In this document: piece by piece, positions 49,000 through 62,902 of the stretch
Layout of the letters: each line of letters begins with the position of its first letter
Position numbering within the stretch: the first letter of the stretch is position 1
NCBI GenBank assembly: GCA_023231475.1
Contig: JALJEE010002072.1
Coordinates: forward strand, 1 to 64,000
From: Seison nebaliae
Lineage: Eukaryota
DNA: 64,000 nt
Reading direction: 5' to 3'
The notes under the pieces: model-generated
Told to the model about the DNA's origin: nothing
The model's database searches: none
The model's input: only the letters and a program-made list of their open reading frames with translations
Program-made: the position numbers and the translations under genes

Positions 49000-51228
49000 C
49001 TATTTTTTTTGAAGATGACTAATATTATGTGTATTCATTGGATGATTTATCATATTATTGTTGTTAGTGAATTGATTAGAATCATCAGTAGGTCTCATCA
49101 TATTCGAATTGATTTGTGATGGATGTAAATTATGATTATTATTATTATAAATCTGATTATAATGAGGATTATTATTGTTCGTATTATGATTAGTCATTTG
49201 GCGAATAGATGATGAAACGCCACTTCCAATTAAATTATTGTTGTTATTGTTTAAATTGTTAATATTATGGGGCAGTTTAGTTTGAGGAACGCGATGAATA
49301 TTATTCTGTTGATTATGCATCGTTAATTGAGAAGTGATTTGATTGGGATTCTGTTGAACATTCGACTGCATTTGACGATAATTTGTTGATGATGTCACTT
49401 GTGAATTTGCCATACTCGAATTCAATCCACCAAGATACATCGTCTGTTGTTGTTGTGGTGGTGGCATATGAGCTTGTTGTTGTTGTTGATGATGATGATG
49501 ATGATGTTGTTGTTGTTGTTGTTGTTGACGTTTAAGAATGTCAGTATGTGATTGACTGACTTTCTGATTGTCATTATTCGTCCAATTGGGATCGAAATGA
49601 ACTTGATTTATTTGTTGTTGTTGTTGGTCTCCTCCCGCAAATTGTTGTCTGGTTCGGAATTGTGAAGATGCATTGTCGTTTTGATTCATATTATGATTAT
49701 TCATTTGGTGATTCATACGCATATTCTGGTTCATACTATATCCACTATTCTGACTACTCGATACCATATTTTGTTGGAAGTGTTGTTGATTGTTCGGTTT
49801 CCTTCCAGCATGTTTCATCAGATTATTGTTCGTCGTTTGATTATTCTGAGCAACAATACGACTTTTCTTTGTAATTTCGTGTGGATTATTCCGATCATGT
49901 TGAATATACTGACGTTTTCCAGGTCGATATGAATCGTGTACATTCTGAGCAGTTCGTCGATCATCCACCTCCTTAATAACAGGTTTGGGTATCTTCTTCA
50001 AAATGCCCGGAATACAATCCAATACTCTCTCTTTGAAATCATCAAGAATATTTCTTTGCAGTTCTTGAATATTTCGAAGAACGTCACTTAACTGAAATTT
50101 TTATTTATCAAAATAAGTTTTAAAGGTTCAAATAATTATAAACTAATTCTAATTCCAAGTCTAATCTAGCAAACCATCGTAACGTATTAGTTTTATTTTC
50201 TCTTAACATTACAATAAATATGACACCTAATTCCATGAACGAAACACATTAGATGGATAATAAATGGAAACCTAATGCGATAAGATGTGGTGGATGACAG
50301 ATGCACATATCGGAAGAATAAGTGTCGTTGATGAGACACCAAGAATTATATTCTAATTTCTTCCTTTCTTCATCACTCCAAATATCTCCATCTAATTCAA
50401 TTAATTAATCGGATTTAACAAATTAGAAAACCTTTATCACTTCGATTGAAATCATCATTTGACAGATATTCGACCATCGGACGATAAGGTTCATAAACGA
50501 TCAATGAACAATCCTATTCAACAATCATTAAAGAATTCCAATTCACACAAATACACTTACCATCACTTCGAGCAAGTAGAATTCGAGTTCGAATATGAGA
50601 GCTTGATCATATGGAAACTTTCCATTTCTATCTCCCACAAATGGCCATTGTTCACCTGTACGAAATAAAGAAGAAAAAATTAAAATGAATTTGAAGAAAT
50701 TAATTGGGAAAATTAAAAGATAGAAAAAAATCAAAAAAAAATTAACAAACATAAGTCATTGCAATTCTTTATGACAATGTTGATTGCAAATAATGCGAAT
50801 TCCTTCAAAAAATAAAAGAGAATTAAAAAGAATTGAGTTAGAGAAGATCACATGAACTTAGCTTACTAGAAATATTATTTGAACTAACATCAACTTTCGT
50901 TGCTAGATAGAAGCACGTTGGCGCAAGTAAACAAGGATCAACACATTGAAAAGGAAAACTGTAATTTCATTAGAAATTCGAGATAGTCGAAAATAAAATA
51001 AAACTTGGAATAAAATCGTCGGAAATAAACAATAGCCGTTGAGATTACATGTCTTTTCACTTTACATCGTTTACCCAATTCGGAAATGTATAAAGCAAAA
51101 AAAGCCATGAGTTTCTGATATTCCAATTCACTGATCGATTGTAAATCATTTAGTCGTTCGGCCCTTAATCTTGACTCATCCAACAACCATTCATCTCGGT
51201 GACTACTCAACCAAAAGTTAGCTGCCAT
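49000..51228 (-). CDS. CCNC: Cyclin C (Mediator kinase module) with a long Q/N/H-rich C-terminal extension, about 8 exons
   Basis: MAANFWLSSH...EYQKL...VISTAIVYFRRFYS / DPCLLAPTCFYLATKVD / EFYLLEVM / DCSLIVYEPYRP / LINDTYSSD...PPHLIAL / WFARL / ILKKIPKP, then the low-complexity tail in the last exon. Confidence 0.95.
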
Positions 51229-51686
51229 TTGGTGAAGAGCAGTATTGTTTATTTTTTTCTAAATATTCTCATGTAAATTTCATTTTACATTGTCCCATTA
51301 AGCTAATATTTCCAACCTCATCATCTGATGTACAGACTCACTAAGTCGAATAAAACATAAAATATTAATTTTTTTTAAACGGATAATTCATTTCTTTATT
51401 TTTATCCAAAAAAAAAAACAAAATATATATATATGTTTTCTTGATTTTTATAATATGGAAAGAATAAGCAAACAAGACTAATTAAATTAACATTTAATTA
51501 AGTTAGAAGAATAATTTAAATAAATAACAAAAATATTATAATTGTATGGGAAATTATCAATCCGAATTATGTTTCTTGTGCCGACGGAAATTGATCACGA
51601 ACTACAATGTTCTTATAAATTTTTTCATCTCCTTCCTCATTTTCCTCAACTACGGAATGTTTAAAAAACTATTTAAGATAGATAAG

Positions 51687-51917
51687 CTAATGAAAATAAC
51701 GTGGATCTACTACAAAACCGCCTGTTCTTTTCCTAAAATATTTTCCTACCACATCGTTTCAATAAAATTATTTTAGTAAAATTACTAAACTATAATAAGC
51801 ATACGAAATGAGAAGGATAATGCTAAATATACCCACTGGACCAATTATAGCCATAAACACAATGAACGCAGGTGAAGTCAAAAGGTTTAATACTTTATTA
51901 TGGTTTTTTAATGTCAT
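51687..51917 (-). CDS. Putative 61-aa single-pass membrane microprotein, 2 exons (not in the ORF track)
   Basis: Exons 51791-51917 and 51687-51745 with a 45-nt GTTTAG..TAG intron give MTLKNHNKVLNLLTSPAFIVFMAIIGPVGIFSIILLISYAYYRKYFRKRTGGFVVDPRYFH*. Confidence 0.55.
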
Positions 51918-53468
51918 TTGTAAAGGATTTCAACTTTACGATTTGAAAGAAAAAAATGAATTAGAATGAATTTAAACTTTCCTCGCTTAATCTGGTTAGT
52001 TGAAGTCGAAACAATTTGTAAATTAAGAATACTGATCATTGAATCTGTCGTTTATAAATATTTTCTAATATTTCAATTATAAATATAACTTCTAACTTCT
52101 GCTTTCTACTTTTTTTTTGAAAACTCTAATTTATTCTAATCTAAAGATATTATATTAGTTTGATTATTAGTTAGTTAACAAGTTTTATTTTATGGTTTTG
52201 TACAACTAACAACATTATAAGTTCTTTTAAAATGAATTTAAAGAACTGCTTTTAAAGCAGTTTGGTCATCATTAAACATCATTCCTTGGTAATTTTGTTC
52301 TTCTTATCTGAACAATTGACAAGTAAGATCATATATGAATCTTACTTTAAATTGATTAATGTGAAGAAATATCTGTAAATGAGTTTTTTCTTTAGATCAA
52401 TGTCGGTATCCTTTTCCTTGAACCAGAATATATATTTGGTGAATTGGTCTTACTTGTTAGTGTGTTGTAACCTCGTTAGAATTACTTGGTATTAGGTATA
52501 GTTTTAAGAAAACGTTTCTTTTCCGTTGTCACTGCTTTATTCGTCCATACGATGAAATACATGTACATGAATTACTAAAAATTAAACCCATAACATTGTT
52601 TTATATAACAGTTATTTTAACAACTATTTGAGGTTTAACTATGAGTAAAAATGTTCCTTAGAGGATTGAACATAAATGTCCTGGCTTATAGAATACGAGC
52701 TTCATCAGAACTGATATTTTCCTCGTTCGAGTGTAATAGTGGAATAGCTAGAAGATAAAAGTTACAACAATCCGTTACGAAAAATTTCAGTTTCAATTTA
52801 GTGGAGAAATTTATGGGAACGTTTATGGGAAAACGAATAAAAGAATTTTAAGAATTTACATTTTATTCTATCAAGTAAAGTTGAAATTTTTTTTCTTCCA
52901 TTACTAATCTGTATTTCCTCTTATTTATCTCTTACATACTTAATAATAAATAATCCAATCTTTTTTTTTGATGCAAAATAATTACATAATCTTTCATTTT
53001 AACAGTAGTTATTAGACTCAACTTAAAACATATGGTATTACGGATATTTTTCTTTCCAGAAGTTCTCTTATTTCTCCCCACAATTCAAACAAGGAAAAAT
53101 AATTCTTATTTTATTTTCGCTTTAATAATGTGTGCAGGAAAATGAATGGTTTAAAAAAAAATGTACCGTCATTTTGTTACGCAAATTAATAAAAAATGAC
53201 ATTAAAAAATGCGTTCGGTTAAAATAAACAGTATATGAAAATAAGAAAAAATCCCATTAGATTAAAAAAATAAAGTTTTTTCAAACATCGTCAATTTTAG
53301 ATCATTTCTCTCGTCAATATAAATCCATGAATGATTTGTGTGTTTGTTTAATTATTAGAAAAGTCGTTGGTTTCCCAGTAAATTGGATTAAATTAACGGC
53401 GAAACACTGGAGAGTAAATAACAAAACGAATAAAGGGAACATTCTCAAGAAAATGAAATTTTCTTAGA

Positions 53469-54189
53469 TTAATTTGGTGACCGAGATCGCGAACGAATTG
53501 GATCCACTTTTTCAAAAGAATGATCACTCTCCCCATCATAATTCTTGTGTTTTCTCGGTATATTATTTCTTTGTCTTGGAGAATATGAATCTCTGGAAAA
53601 CATTCGATGATTAATTTAGATGAAAATAAATAAAATTCTAACCGTCTACCATATCCACTTTCAGGTCTCCGTCCTTCTTCATAACTGAAAATTTTGAGAA
53701 ATTATTTTTCTTTGGATAAATTTGATTCGAACCTAGGTGATCGACGTCTTGGAGACATTCCACGTCCCGGTCTTCCACCTAAATTACCACGTCGTGGACG
53801 AGGACGATGATGTTCCCGATCTCTCATTTCTCGTGGTGCTATCGAAAAATAAATAAATAAAATTAGGAAAATTTAAAAGAAAAAACTTTTTCTTCCACCA
53901 CGTGCAATTTCACAATCTAATTCATTCCCACTGATACGATGATGACGTTGTCCAACTACTTCATTTGCATCATGATGATCTTCAAATTCTACGAACGCGT
54001 ATCCACGTGCTCGTCGAGAATAATAATCGAGTGGAACTGTGACATTAACAATTGGACCAAATCTCGAAAAATATTTCTTCACATCTTCAGCACTAGAAAA
54101 ATGAAAATGATAAATGATAGAATAGAGGAAAATAGTAACTGTGCTCTTTCTGGTACATTTCGAACGTATACAACATTTCTCCGTGACAT
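53469..54189 (-). CDS. SR-type splicing factor, SRSF10/SRSF12-like (RRM plus RS/SP-rich tail), 5 exons
   Basis: MSRRNVVYVRNV / ...FSRFGPIVNVTVPLDYYSRRARGYAFVEFED...EIARGGRK / TPREMR...SPRRRSP; ends RSRSRSPN*. Confidence 0.85.
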
Positions 54190-55663
54190 CGTTTTTTCTT
54201 AATAGAATTAGGATTTAATTGAAAGTCTGTCAGTTATACATACCGTTTGTATGTTTTTGATGGTTTTGTGAGAAATTGTGATAGATTTGAGAAAAATTGA
54301 AAATTTGAAGTTTAAGAAGAATGGATGAATCATGATGATGATGATGATGATGATGATTAGAAGAATGAGAAATAAATTTTCTTATTTTTTTGTGGAGGAA
54401 TGAATAAATTTACTGGAATTGACATGTCTATCTGATTACATCGTTTATCTAACGACTATAAAAGAGATGAAGGAGAGAGAGAGTGTTTGTTGGAACGAAT
54501 TGCTATTCTGTCGGTTTGTAACCTATACTTTGTAACTCTGATAATAAACTGAATCCATCATTCATTCTATTCATTCTTACAATTATTTTTACGTTCTTCA
54601 ACAATTGATCGTGAAATAGACGAATTCGCTTTTTGAGATTTCTCATCGATGTCGATGGTAGTGGTCGTGGTAGTAAGATTTGGTCTTTTACATTTGTATG
54701 AATAGATTAGTAGAACATATGGGAACAAATGAGTTCCAAATATTCGATCTAAAATTTTCCCAATTTCTCACATTGTATGGATGTCAAATGTTTTGTGTAT
54801 TTGTTCAAGCCAATGCACATCCGTACACCGTACATGCTCTCGTGTACATCACTACTCGTCTGTTTTGTTGGAAACCGAAGCCAAAAAGAAGTATTGGACA
54901 TGGATGATATTGTTGATAAGTCGCAGAAATCAAATGTTTCTCAGTAGAACACTCTCAGAAATCTTCTCAAAATATAAATTGATATTTTGTAAATTTGAAG
55001 CCTATGAAACATTTGCAACATATTTAAAATTCTTATTGAACACACTTTAATTCTATATTGTATAATATTTTTTTTCTTCTCTATTTTATTAACGGTTTGT
55101 TGAACATAAGCATTTGGTCAGATTTTGCTTCGAATAATTTTTTCTAAAAATAAACTTTATTTTGTTAAGTAATTAAGTATTAAGTAGAGAGAGATATAAT
55201 GATTACTTTACAATTATATCAGCTATTTTTTCTTTTCTTAATATGATTCCTATTTTTCACAAATTAAATCTCAACAGTAGCTATATCGAACTTCTATCGA
55301 TAGCTATCGATATCTGCGTTTAGGATCATATCAAATGTTCAGTCTGCCCAAATCATTCATAACATTAATAATTATTATTAAGATTAATTATTAATTAGAT
55401 AGATTTCGTGATTGATAATATTCTTAACACATCGAAATTTTTTTAGCTTATTTTATCTTATTGTGTAGTTGATTTTTCAAGTTCTTCACCATTGACGTTA
55501 GTTAGGTGTTTAATAATATTAATAAATTAACTTAAATTGTATACTAGAGATCTTTTATTAAGAATAAATTTTTCAGAAATTTTTAAGAAAATGTTATTCA
55601 ACTAAAAATTTTGTCCACAAATTGAAGAAAATACGAAATGTTTCTCAAAATAATTCTCATATA

Positions 55664-58600
55664 TCAATCCCAAGAAGCTGCAAGGCTACCATCAATGGTA
55701 ATCCCCTCTTCATTAACTGAATGAAATATTTTAAATAATTTTTTCGGTAATTCTACAAATCTAACCGGTGAAGAGATGAGATTGTTCGTTTGAATCAATT
55801 GTTGATGCGACAATTTTGTTGGTGAAATATAGCGAATATTCACTATGAATTTCTCGATACTAAAAGTGGAATGAAATAATAACATTTAAAGGATGTGGAT
55901 AACTTTAGCTAGCATCGACTCAGTCGTATATCTCCATGAACGACCAAAATCAATGGATGCCATTATACTATTTCCATCCATCGATAAACCGAACAAGACG
56001 AATTGTTCTTTATATAAACCGAGTTCGGAAACATCTGTCTTTTCATAATATTCGACAATCGCTCCAACATCACCACCAATAGCTGGAGAATTAAAATGAA
56101 GAATTAATTAATCGAATTTAAATGAACCCATCCAGCTGTCAAATTGACTTTCTCGTAAATAACAATGACCATAAATTCCATATCGATTTTTGGCACACAT
56201 AATTAAAGTAGTTTCTCCATCTGTGTCGGTCACCATGATAGCGGATCGAGTTTTATAATTTACATGAGTCGTTGTCAAATAAAGAGGAGGAACGTTCGAA
56301 CATGCATCTAAAGAGAATGATATTTTTATAAATTAGTTGATGGTATATCTATCTAACCTCCTGCTAAATTAGCATCACCGAATAATTGTATTTTAATATT
56401 AGTCGATTGAGAGATTGGTGTGCCTAAACTATCGATTATTAATTTGAAGAAAGGACCTATTGTTGGCTTTTCAAGATAGACTTCTTCTTGCAAAGTATTT
56501 GCTCCAAGCTGAAAGAAATTAATCGAAGAAAGATATTTTGGAAAATTGCACAAAAAATAATTGAACTGTCGGCAAATGTACCCATTGAACAAGATCAAGA
56601 GACCATGCTAAGTGGAATGCTTGAACGATTATGTTACTTGTAATATTGATGGCATTAATTTTCGAGGGCTTTCCAAATTTGAAATAGAGGAAATGCTTTT
56701 CATATTCAGCAGTGGGGAATATCCAACCAGTTGTCATTATCTCCACCTCATTATTAGCTTCATCAACCACATGACATGGAGAGAGATCGTCCAATATTGA
56801 TTTTAATAAATACGATTCACGATGAGGTGTATACTCAAATGTTTTAATTGTGTTAGCCCCGTAAACTTCTGCCATATCTCGTCGTCGTCTACCAATAATT
56901 TGATAGGGAATTTGGATATCCGTTTGAGTTAGAGTATAATTAATAATTTTCTGATAATTTGTTTCATTTATATCGAACACGACAGTGAATGAGATCGAGT
57001 CATGAAACAAAATATCTCCGGTGGTAATTTTTAGATTTGGTGTCTCTGTTGCTACTTCAAAGGATGACGTGTTCAAATTCGAATGAGTCTCGTTCTCGAT
57101 TCGATTAAATTCAAGGAACGGTGGTAAATATACCAATAGCATCGAGTCAACTACTTCTTTCGTACTATTGTCGAATTGTTCAATTTCAAAAAATACTGAA
57201 AATGCTTCATGTCTAAAGAAGAATAAGAATAATTAATCGTTGAGAAGATAATAAAAAATAAAACGTTGGATAAATATCAAGATGATTCTTTAAATATTCT
57301 GTCACAGATAATGAATTGAAAACATCAGATGAATCTAAATCGAATGGTTTTCGACAAATAATGATTTGTGAAACTGTATCGACACCAATGCTGAGATATG
57401 GAGTCGTTTCTTCCGGATCCGTAATAAGAAAAGAAATATTAAAAATTATGGCATCATCATAAGTTGCATCGTAATCATCTGATTCGTAATATAGTCCTAA
57501 AAGAAAATTAATCTTCAATTAAAAGAAAGGAAGAAATATTTTTAAAAGTTTAACCGACATTACCAAGAACGTTCAAATCAATTTCTCCAGTATCGTTATA
57601 ACTGGTATTTTGATAAGCGGAATAAAGTGGTTCAGTAATAATTAAATCTTTGATAGAACCATAATTCCTTCCTATTGCCAAAATCGATACTTCAGTTATT
57701 TCAAAATCAATTTGGCCTTTATATAAACCGATTGCACTGAAGAAAATTGGCACATTAGTAAAAGGAGGAATTGTGATCATTGCTTCCATATGCCCCTCAC
57801 TTTTTACTTTCATCGTCGGTGCGGTTACATTCTCATAACAATAAATTACTGTTCGACTATCAGTTAAGAGATTAGTTCCATTATAATAATCAAGTTCTTC
57901 ATATGTCAATTTTACTGGGAATGTTTCCGTGTTTCCACTACCAATATCGATAGTAACTGGATAGTCGATCTCACCAGGAGAGAAAGTGTGATCTTGATGA
58001 AGGAACACAACCAACATGAATTTAACAATGGATGGATCTTCGGCAGATTCACTCAATGGGGTTGTTCGTCGATCACTCAAACAAAATTCACCATATTCAT
58101 ATTTAATTTTTGATCTAAATTTCCATAAATTTTATATTAATTTATCAAAATTCATATTATTAACCCCGTTATTGTTTCAGTTGGATTTACTAGACAGCCT
58201 ATTGATGGATTTTTATTATAAAGCATAAAATCCGTTAAATATAATTTCTCCACTTTCTCTTTTTCAACTTCAATGGATATTTGACTGATGATATGTTCCG
58301 GTATTTCAGTTGGTCGAGTATGATCGATCAGCGAATAATTCAAAGAAATTAATAATCCTTTTGCTTGACCCTTATGTATTGTATCGTCGATTTCATCGAC
58401 TGAATCCAACATCCAATCAACAGTAATATCCGGCATTGCAATCAGATTAACATCACCAGCTGCCGCTGTAGAAATCGTTTTTTGACCTAACTCATCATAT
58501 ATCATACTATCATGTGAAGCGGCGACTGAAACTGATAACGAAGTGGTACTTCGGCTCAGGATAATCAAATCGATTGTCGAATTTTTCTTCTTCTCTAAAC

Positions 58601-61367
58601 TAGAAAGTAAACTATCGAATTTATCATCACCATGATTACACATTTTATTTGTGATATAAGAAATTTCTCTTGTTTCATCATCATCGTTTGTCACCACATC
58701 TTCTTCCTTTTCTATGTATCCAGCTTTGATATATTTCCCTAATCTCACGAATTTTATACTGCACACCGTTCCACTAGTGACAACTGAAATAGAAATTAAA
58801 TTTATGATGAATTCATAAAAAGACTAAACCAATTTTTATGCGAAATCGATAACATTCTTCAGTTTCCCCTGTCTTTTTCACATGAATTCTAATTCCAGTT
58901 GTCTGAATCATTTTGTCTGCAACTCGATTGTTTAATTGTGGAACTTCAGCCCAATCAGTTGCCATCCAGGTGATAGATGGTGTTGATAGAGATATAACTT
59001 TCATATTTATAATATCAGCTGTAAAATCGTTATATATTACATTTAACGGGTAATTAGTTCCTACCGTTCCTACATCATTCACAACTCGAACATCGATTGC
59101 TATTTGTACTAATGATATTCCAAATTCATCCAATGCCGTTGTTCGAATTCCAGAATCGCACAAATATTCCAGATCAACTTTCGTTTTCGTGGCAAATGCG
59201 ATACCACCATTAAATCCATAATTAACATATTCAATGGGAGGATGTGGATTTGTGCATTTCACATTATTTCCTCGATGACTGATATAAACATCAATAATTT
59301 GGAGAATTTGTGGATTTGCTTCCGTGCACTTCTCTGTCCCACCATGACAACTTGCGTAAATAGTTATGTCTGCCGGTTTCCCATAACCAACATCCGTCCA
59401 CAGTTCATAATAAACGGTTTTTATATGACCCTCACCAATATTAATATCCGTATTTTCTTCTTCAAACTTCTTAGTTACGTCTGGCTGTTGAGCAGTATTG
59501 ACCACAAAGGCTTGTTGTCCAATCCAAAGATGATTCGAACTGTATTGAAGTGCAGCTGATAACCAAATTTTCTTTTCCGGATCAACAATATAATTTCTAA
59601 TGTCTGGAAAAATTTTCACTGTAATTAAAATTCTAATTTGAAATAAACAATATTTTATTAACGTATGATCAAACTGACAAATAATTAACTTTATATAATC
59701 ATTATTGTTGAACGAGTAGAAATTACTCGCCCCTAATGATTTCCATCTACCCAAATTCCAAGATACACTGGCGACATCTTCATCCGAGTTTAATCGATCA
59801 ATCGTTTCATTTAGTTTATTGAAATATTCAATATTATAATATCGATAAGATGATGATCCAAGTACTTCATTAGAAACGATGAACGGTGCTCGAACACCTC
59901 GTTCTAAAATCGTCACGTCACAAATCGACAATACTTCCTGTGTTAAATTTAAGGGCGCAAATAAATGAAGAGTCAAATCCGAGTTGAACGCTTCCCCAAA
60001 ATCTCTTAAAGTTACCAGAAATTGACCACCACTCTCTTCATAATAAGACGCATATGTTTCATCTAATTTAACAGCTTCTGGTATTTCAATTCTGGCTTCG
60101 ATATCTGTATTGGTCTGAAATTTTAGTAGAATTAACAAAAATTTGAAAGCGAATTTTCAATTCATTATTAAACCGTGGCTGATGACATGGCCGTTATCGT
60201 GAAAGGGATCGAGTTCGTCGATGGGGAAGATGTTCCATATTTTAATGTTATATCAATATTACCAGGACTGGTATTCGCACAATTCTTATCAACATAAATA
60301 TGAAGATTGAACTTGATTAATCTGTCAGTACTAATTGCTAATAGAAAAATGTTAAAAAAAGCATATTTTCAAAATGAAAGAAACCACTCGGCCAACTCTC
60401 CAGTTTGCCAAAATCAATCCAAAATTCTTCATCTCCATTTCTTACCATTCGTCCGTATAATTCATTGGAAAAAGTGCCAAAGTTGTTATAATAATTTGAA
60501 CCGACACTCTTCAGAGAGATCCGATCCAAATATTTTATACAAGTCGCAACTTCATCACGAATACTGACACCTATTATTAATTTCTCAGCAGCTGCCAAAA
60601 CGGCTTGCAAGTTCACATCGAAATTAGTCACAACGGTTTCTCCTAATTAGTGATAATAATTTATACACAATTAAATGTTGCTCATAAAATTTTGCCAACC
60701 TTTCACTAATGTTACCGAACTAGCTACATTTGGAATACTTGCAGACGGTGTTCCCGTTCGCGCTGGCGTTAAAGTATCTTTCTTTTTGAATAACGTTTGA
60801 CCAATCCAAATTTTCTTTCGTTCTTCATATTCAACGCCTGCAGTCAACCAATAATTATTGGTGCTCAATAAACTCAAATCCTGAGTAGTTACCCAGAATG
60901 TTACCGTGATTTCTTTGTCAGAACTCTTTGGGTGTATAGGTGGGAAAAATATCATTGCTCGATTAAACTTTAAAAAAAAGTTATTCGTTTCCAAAATCAA
61001 TAACATATTCTTTAACTTTAAAAGGATGATTCTCTTCGTCATGAGTTTCCATCAGAACTCTTGAAAACTTGATTTCTTTCGCGTTGTAAAAATCGGCAGT
61101 TGCTGCCTCAATTGCTGGACGACTAATACTTAACATAATATCTGAGTTCAATTCCGGAGCATACAATTCCATATATGCCTCCTGTGGTTTATCATCTTTG
61201 ACGGTGATCTTAACTTCAACTTGTACTTCTGTCTCTCGATCAAATTCGATGACTTCCTTATTGGCACCCATTTTTTCTAAGGAAAATTCCATTCGAAGAC
61301 AATGGCCATGGTAAACCATGAACATTATCATTAATGGAAGATACATTTCCATTAATCGCTTGACCAT
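55664..61367 (-). CDS. Large multi-exon secreted protein with repeated beta-rich modules and a C-terminal F5/8-type-C (discoidin)-like domain
   Basis: Chain of minus-strand ORFs linked by short introns. Signal-peptide-like MYLPLMIMFMVYHGHC. Internal repeats YWLTAGVEY...IWIGQ and IWLSAALQY...LWIGQ. RRRR site. FLYFKFGKPSKINAINI...VQAFHLAWSLDLVQW resembles a discoidin domain. Confidence 0.7.
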
Positions 61368-62902
61368 TTTCTTTCTCGTTTTCCTTTCGGAATAATATTA
61401 GATTTTTTAATACTTTCCAACGATAATGAAACTATGGAAAATTTTAGGGAAATTTTATTCTTCAACTATGTTATGTTATCGATTTTTTTTCGATCGATAA
61501 CGAAAGAAAATGGCCATGTTATTTCATATTATACGTGACGAGAAAAAAACAAGTTTCTCGCATAATTTCCTTTATTATTTTCTCTTTAAACAAATGATGC
61601 AAATGATAAGTTTTACATAATTGAACTATTTCATTCAATCCACTCCTCATTCGTATTAAGAATAATGTGAAGGAAACTAAATCGATAATCTTTCGTCAAC
61701 TTATTAGTTTTAACTTTTCTCTTTTTGTTTTTAACTATCAAAGATTTTTAATTTTATCAACTTCTTATGTAGCCGGTCCATTCTAATTAGAATGGAATGA
61801 TTGTATTCCGATCCATTAGATTAATCCAATATGTTATGATTCAATTCAAATATTACTGCAATATCCTTTTTCATTTTCCATGCAGTCCATATTTTCCTAA
61901 TAGACTTTTGAAGTATTCCACTGAACTATAAAAATCGATAACGGAAGGTTATAATTTTCTCAAGAGCAATAATATTTCTTCATGATAAAAATTTCACGAT
62001 CGAAATTCTCCATCACGACCTTTCAAGAATTCTGCCTGTTTCGGATTTTTTTACTTCAAGACTATTCCTTCATTAGACCACTAGAATTATAATTCAATTT
62101 TAGTCATTACTTCATTATTATCACTAAATATCAGACATCACAATATTCCAGACTAATTATTTTTCAATAATCATTGTCCATGTCAATTTGCTTTCGTTAT
62201 TATATTTTATATTTGAACAAAAATTGAATAGATCATCGACTTGTTAACACAGAAATAGGTAATCGTAAATACTATAAACAAAATAATTTCATCAAATGGT
62301 TGACTAAATACTCTTGCTTTTAAGACTTGCATCAGTCTTATCATGTTCGAGGCAAAAAAGTTCATTTAAGTTGAAAAAATGTTAAAAAGAATTTGGAATA
62401 AAAACTAAAAAATAATTGATCATAAATTTACATTTTCTATAAACCCAAGAGACTAACATTGTAAGTGTTCTTGTACTAACATTGTTTGTAATTAACTCAA
62501 TGAGTGACAGTTCGTTCGCACTTTTAAGAATCTGAAATATTCCCTGATATTTTTCGTCCAAAATATTCCTATTCACCTAATAATCATAATATAACATGGA
62601 GGAAATGTGTCAGAAATAGCTTCCGACAAAATAAGATTATATAACTAAAACTAACTAACTAATTTAAATGCCGAATTCCCTTCTTACAATTTTCAAATCG
62701 ATTTATTGAAGAAAAAGTTTGAAATTTATTATAATAAAATAAAATATGAAATTAAATGGCAAAGAATATAATCAATAATTTCATCAATAAATGAAAAAAA
62801 AGACGGTAATAGAAAGATTTACATGAAAATTTTAATGAAGAAATCGATAAAAAAAACAATTATTTTCGGAAAAAAATGAAGGGCAAAAAAGTTTCATTCA
62901 TC

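Noticed and set aside
54680..55050. Slightly GC-richer segment with short ORFs and a GTACAC/GTGTAC inverted repeat upstream of the SR gene
   Set aside because: No recognisable protein or RNA family and the stem is too short. It could be a UTR exon but cannot be supported.
61850..62600. Possible small spliced minus-strand gene (ORF 62382-62576 and exon-like pieces)
   Set aside because: I could not assemble a consistent reading frame or recognise any motif.
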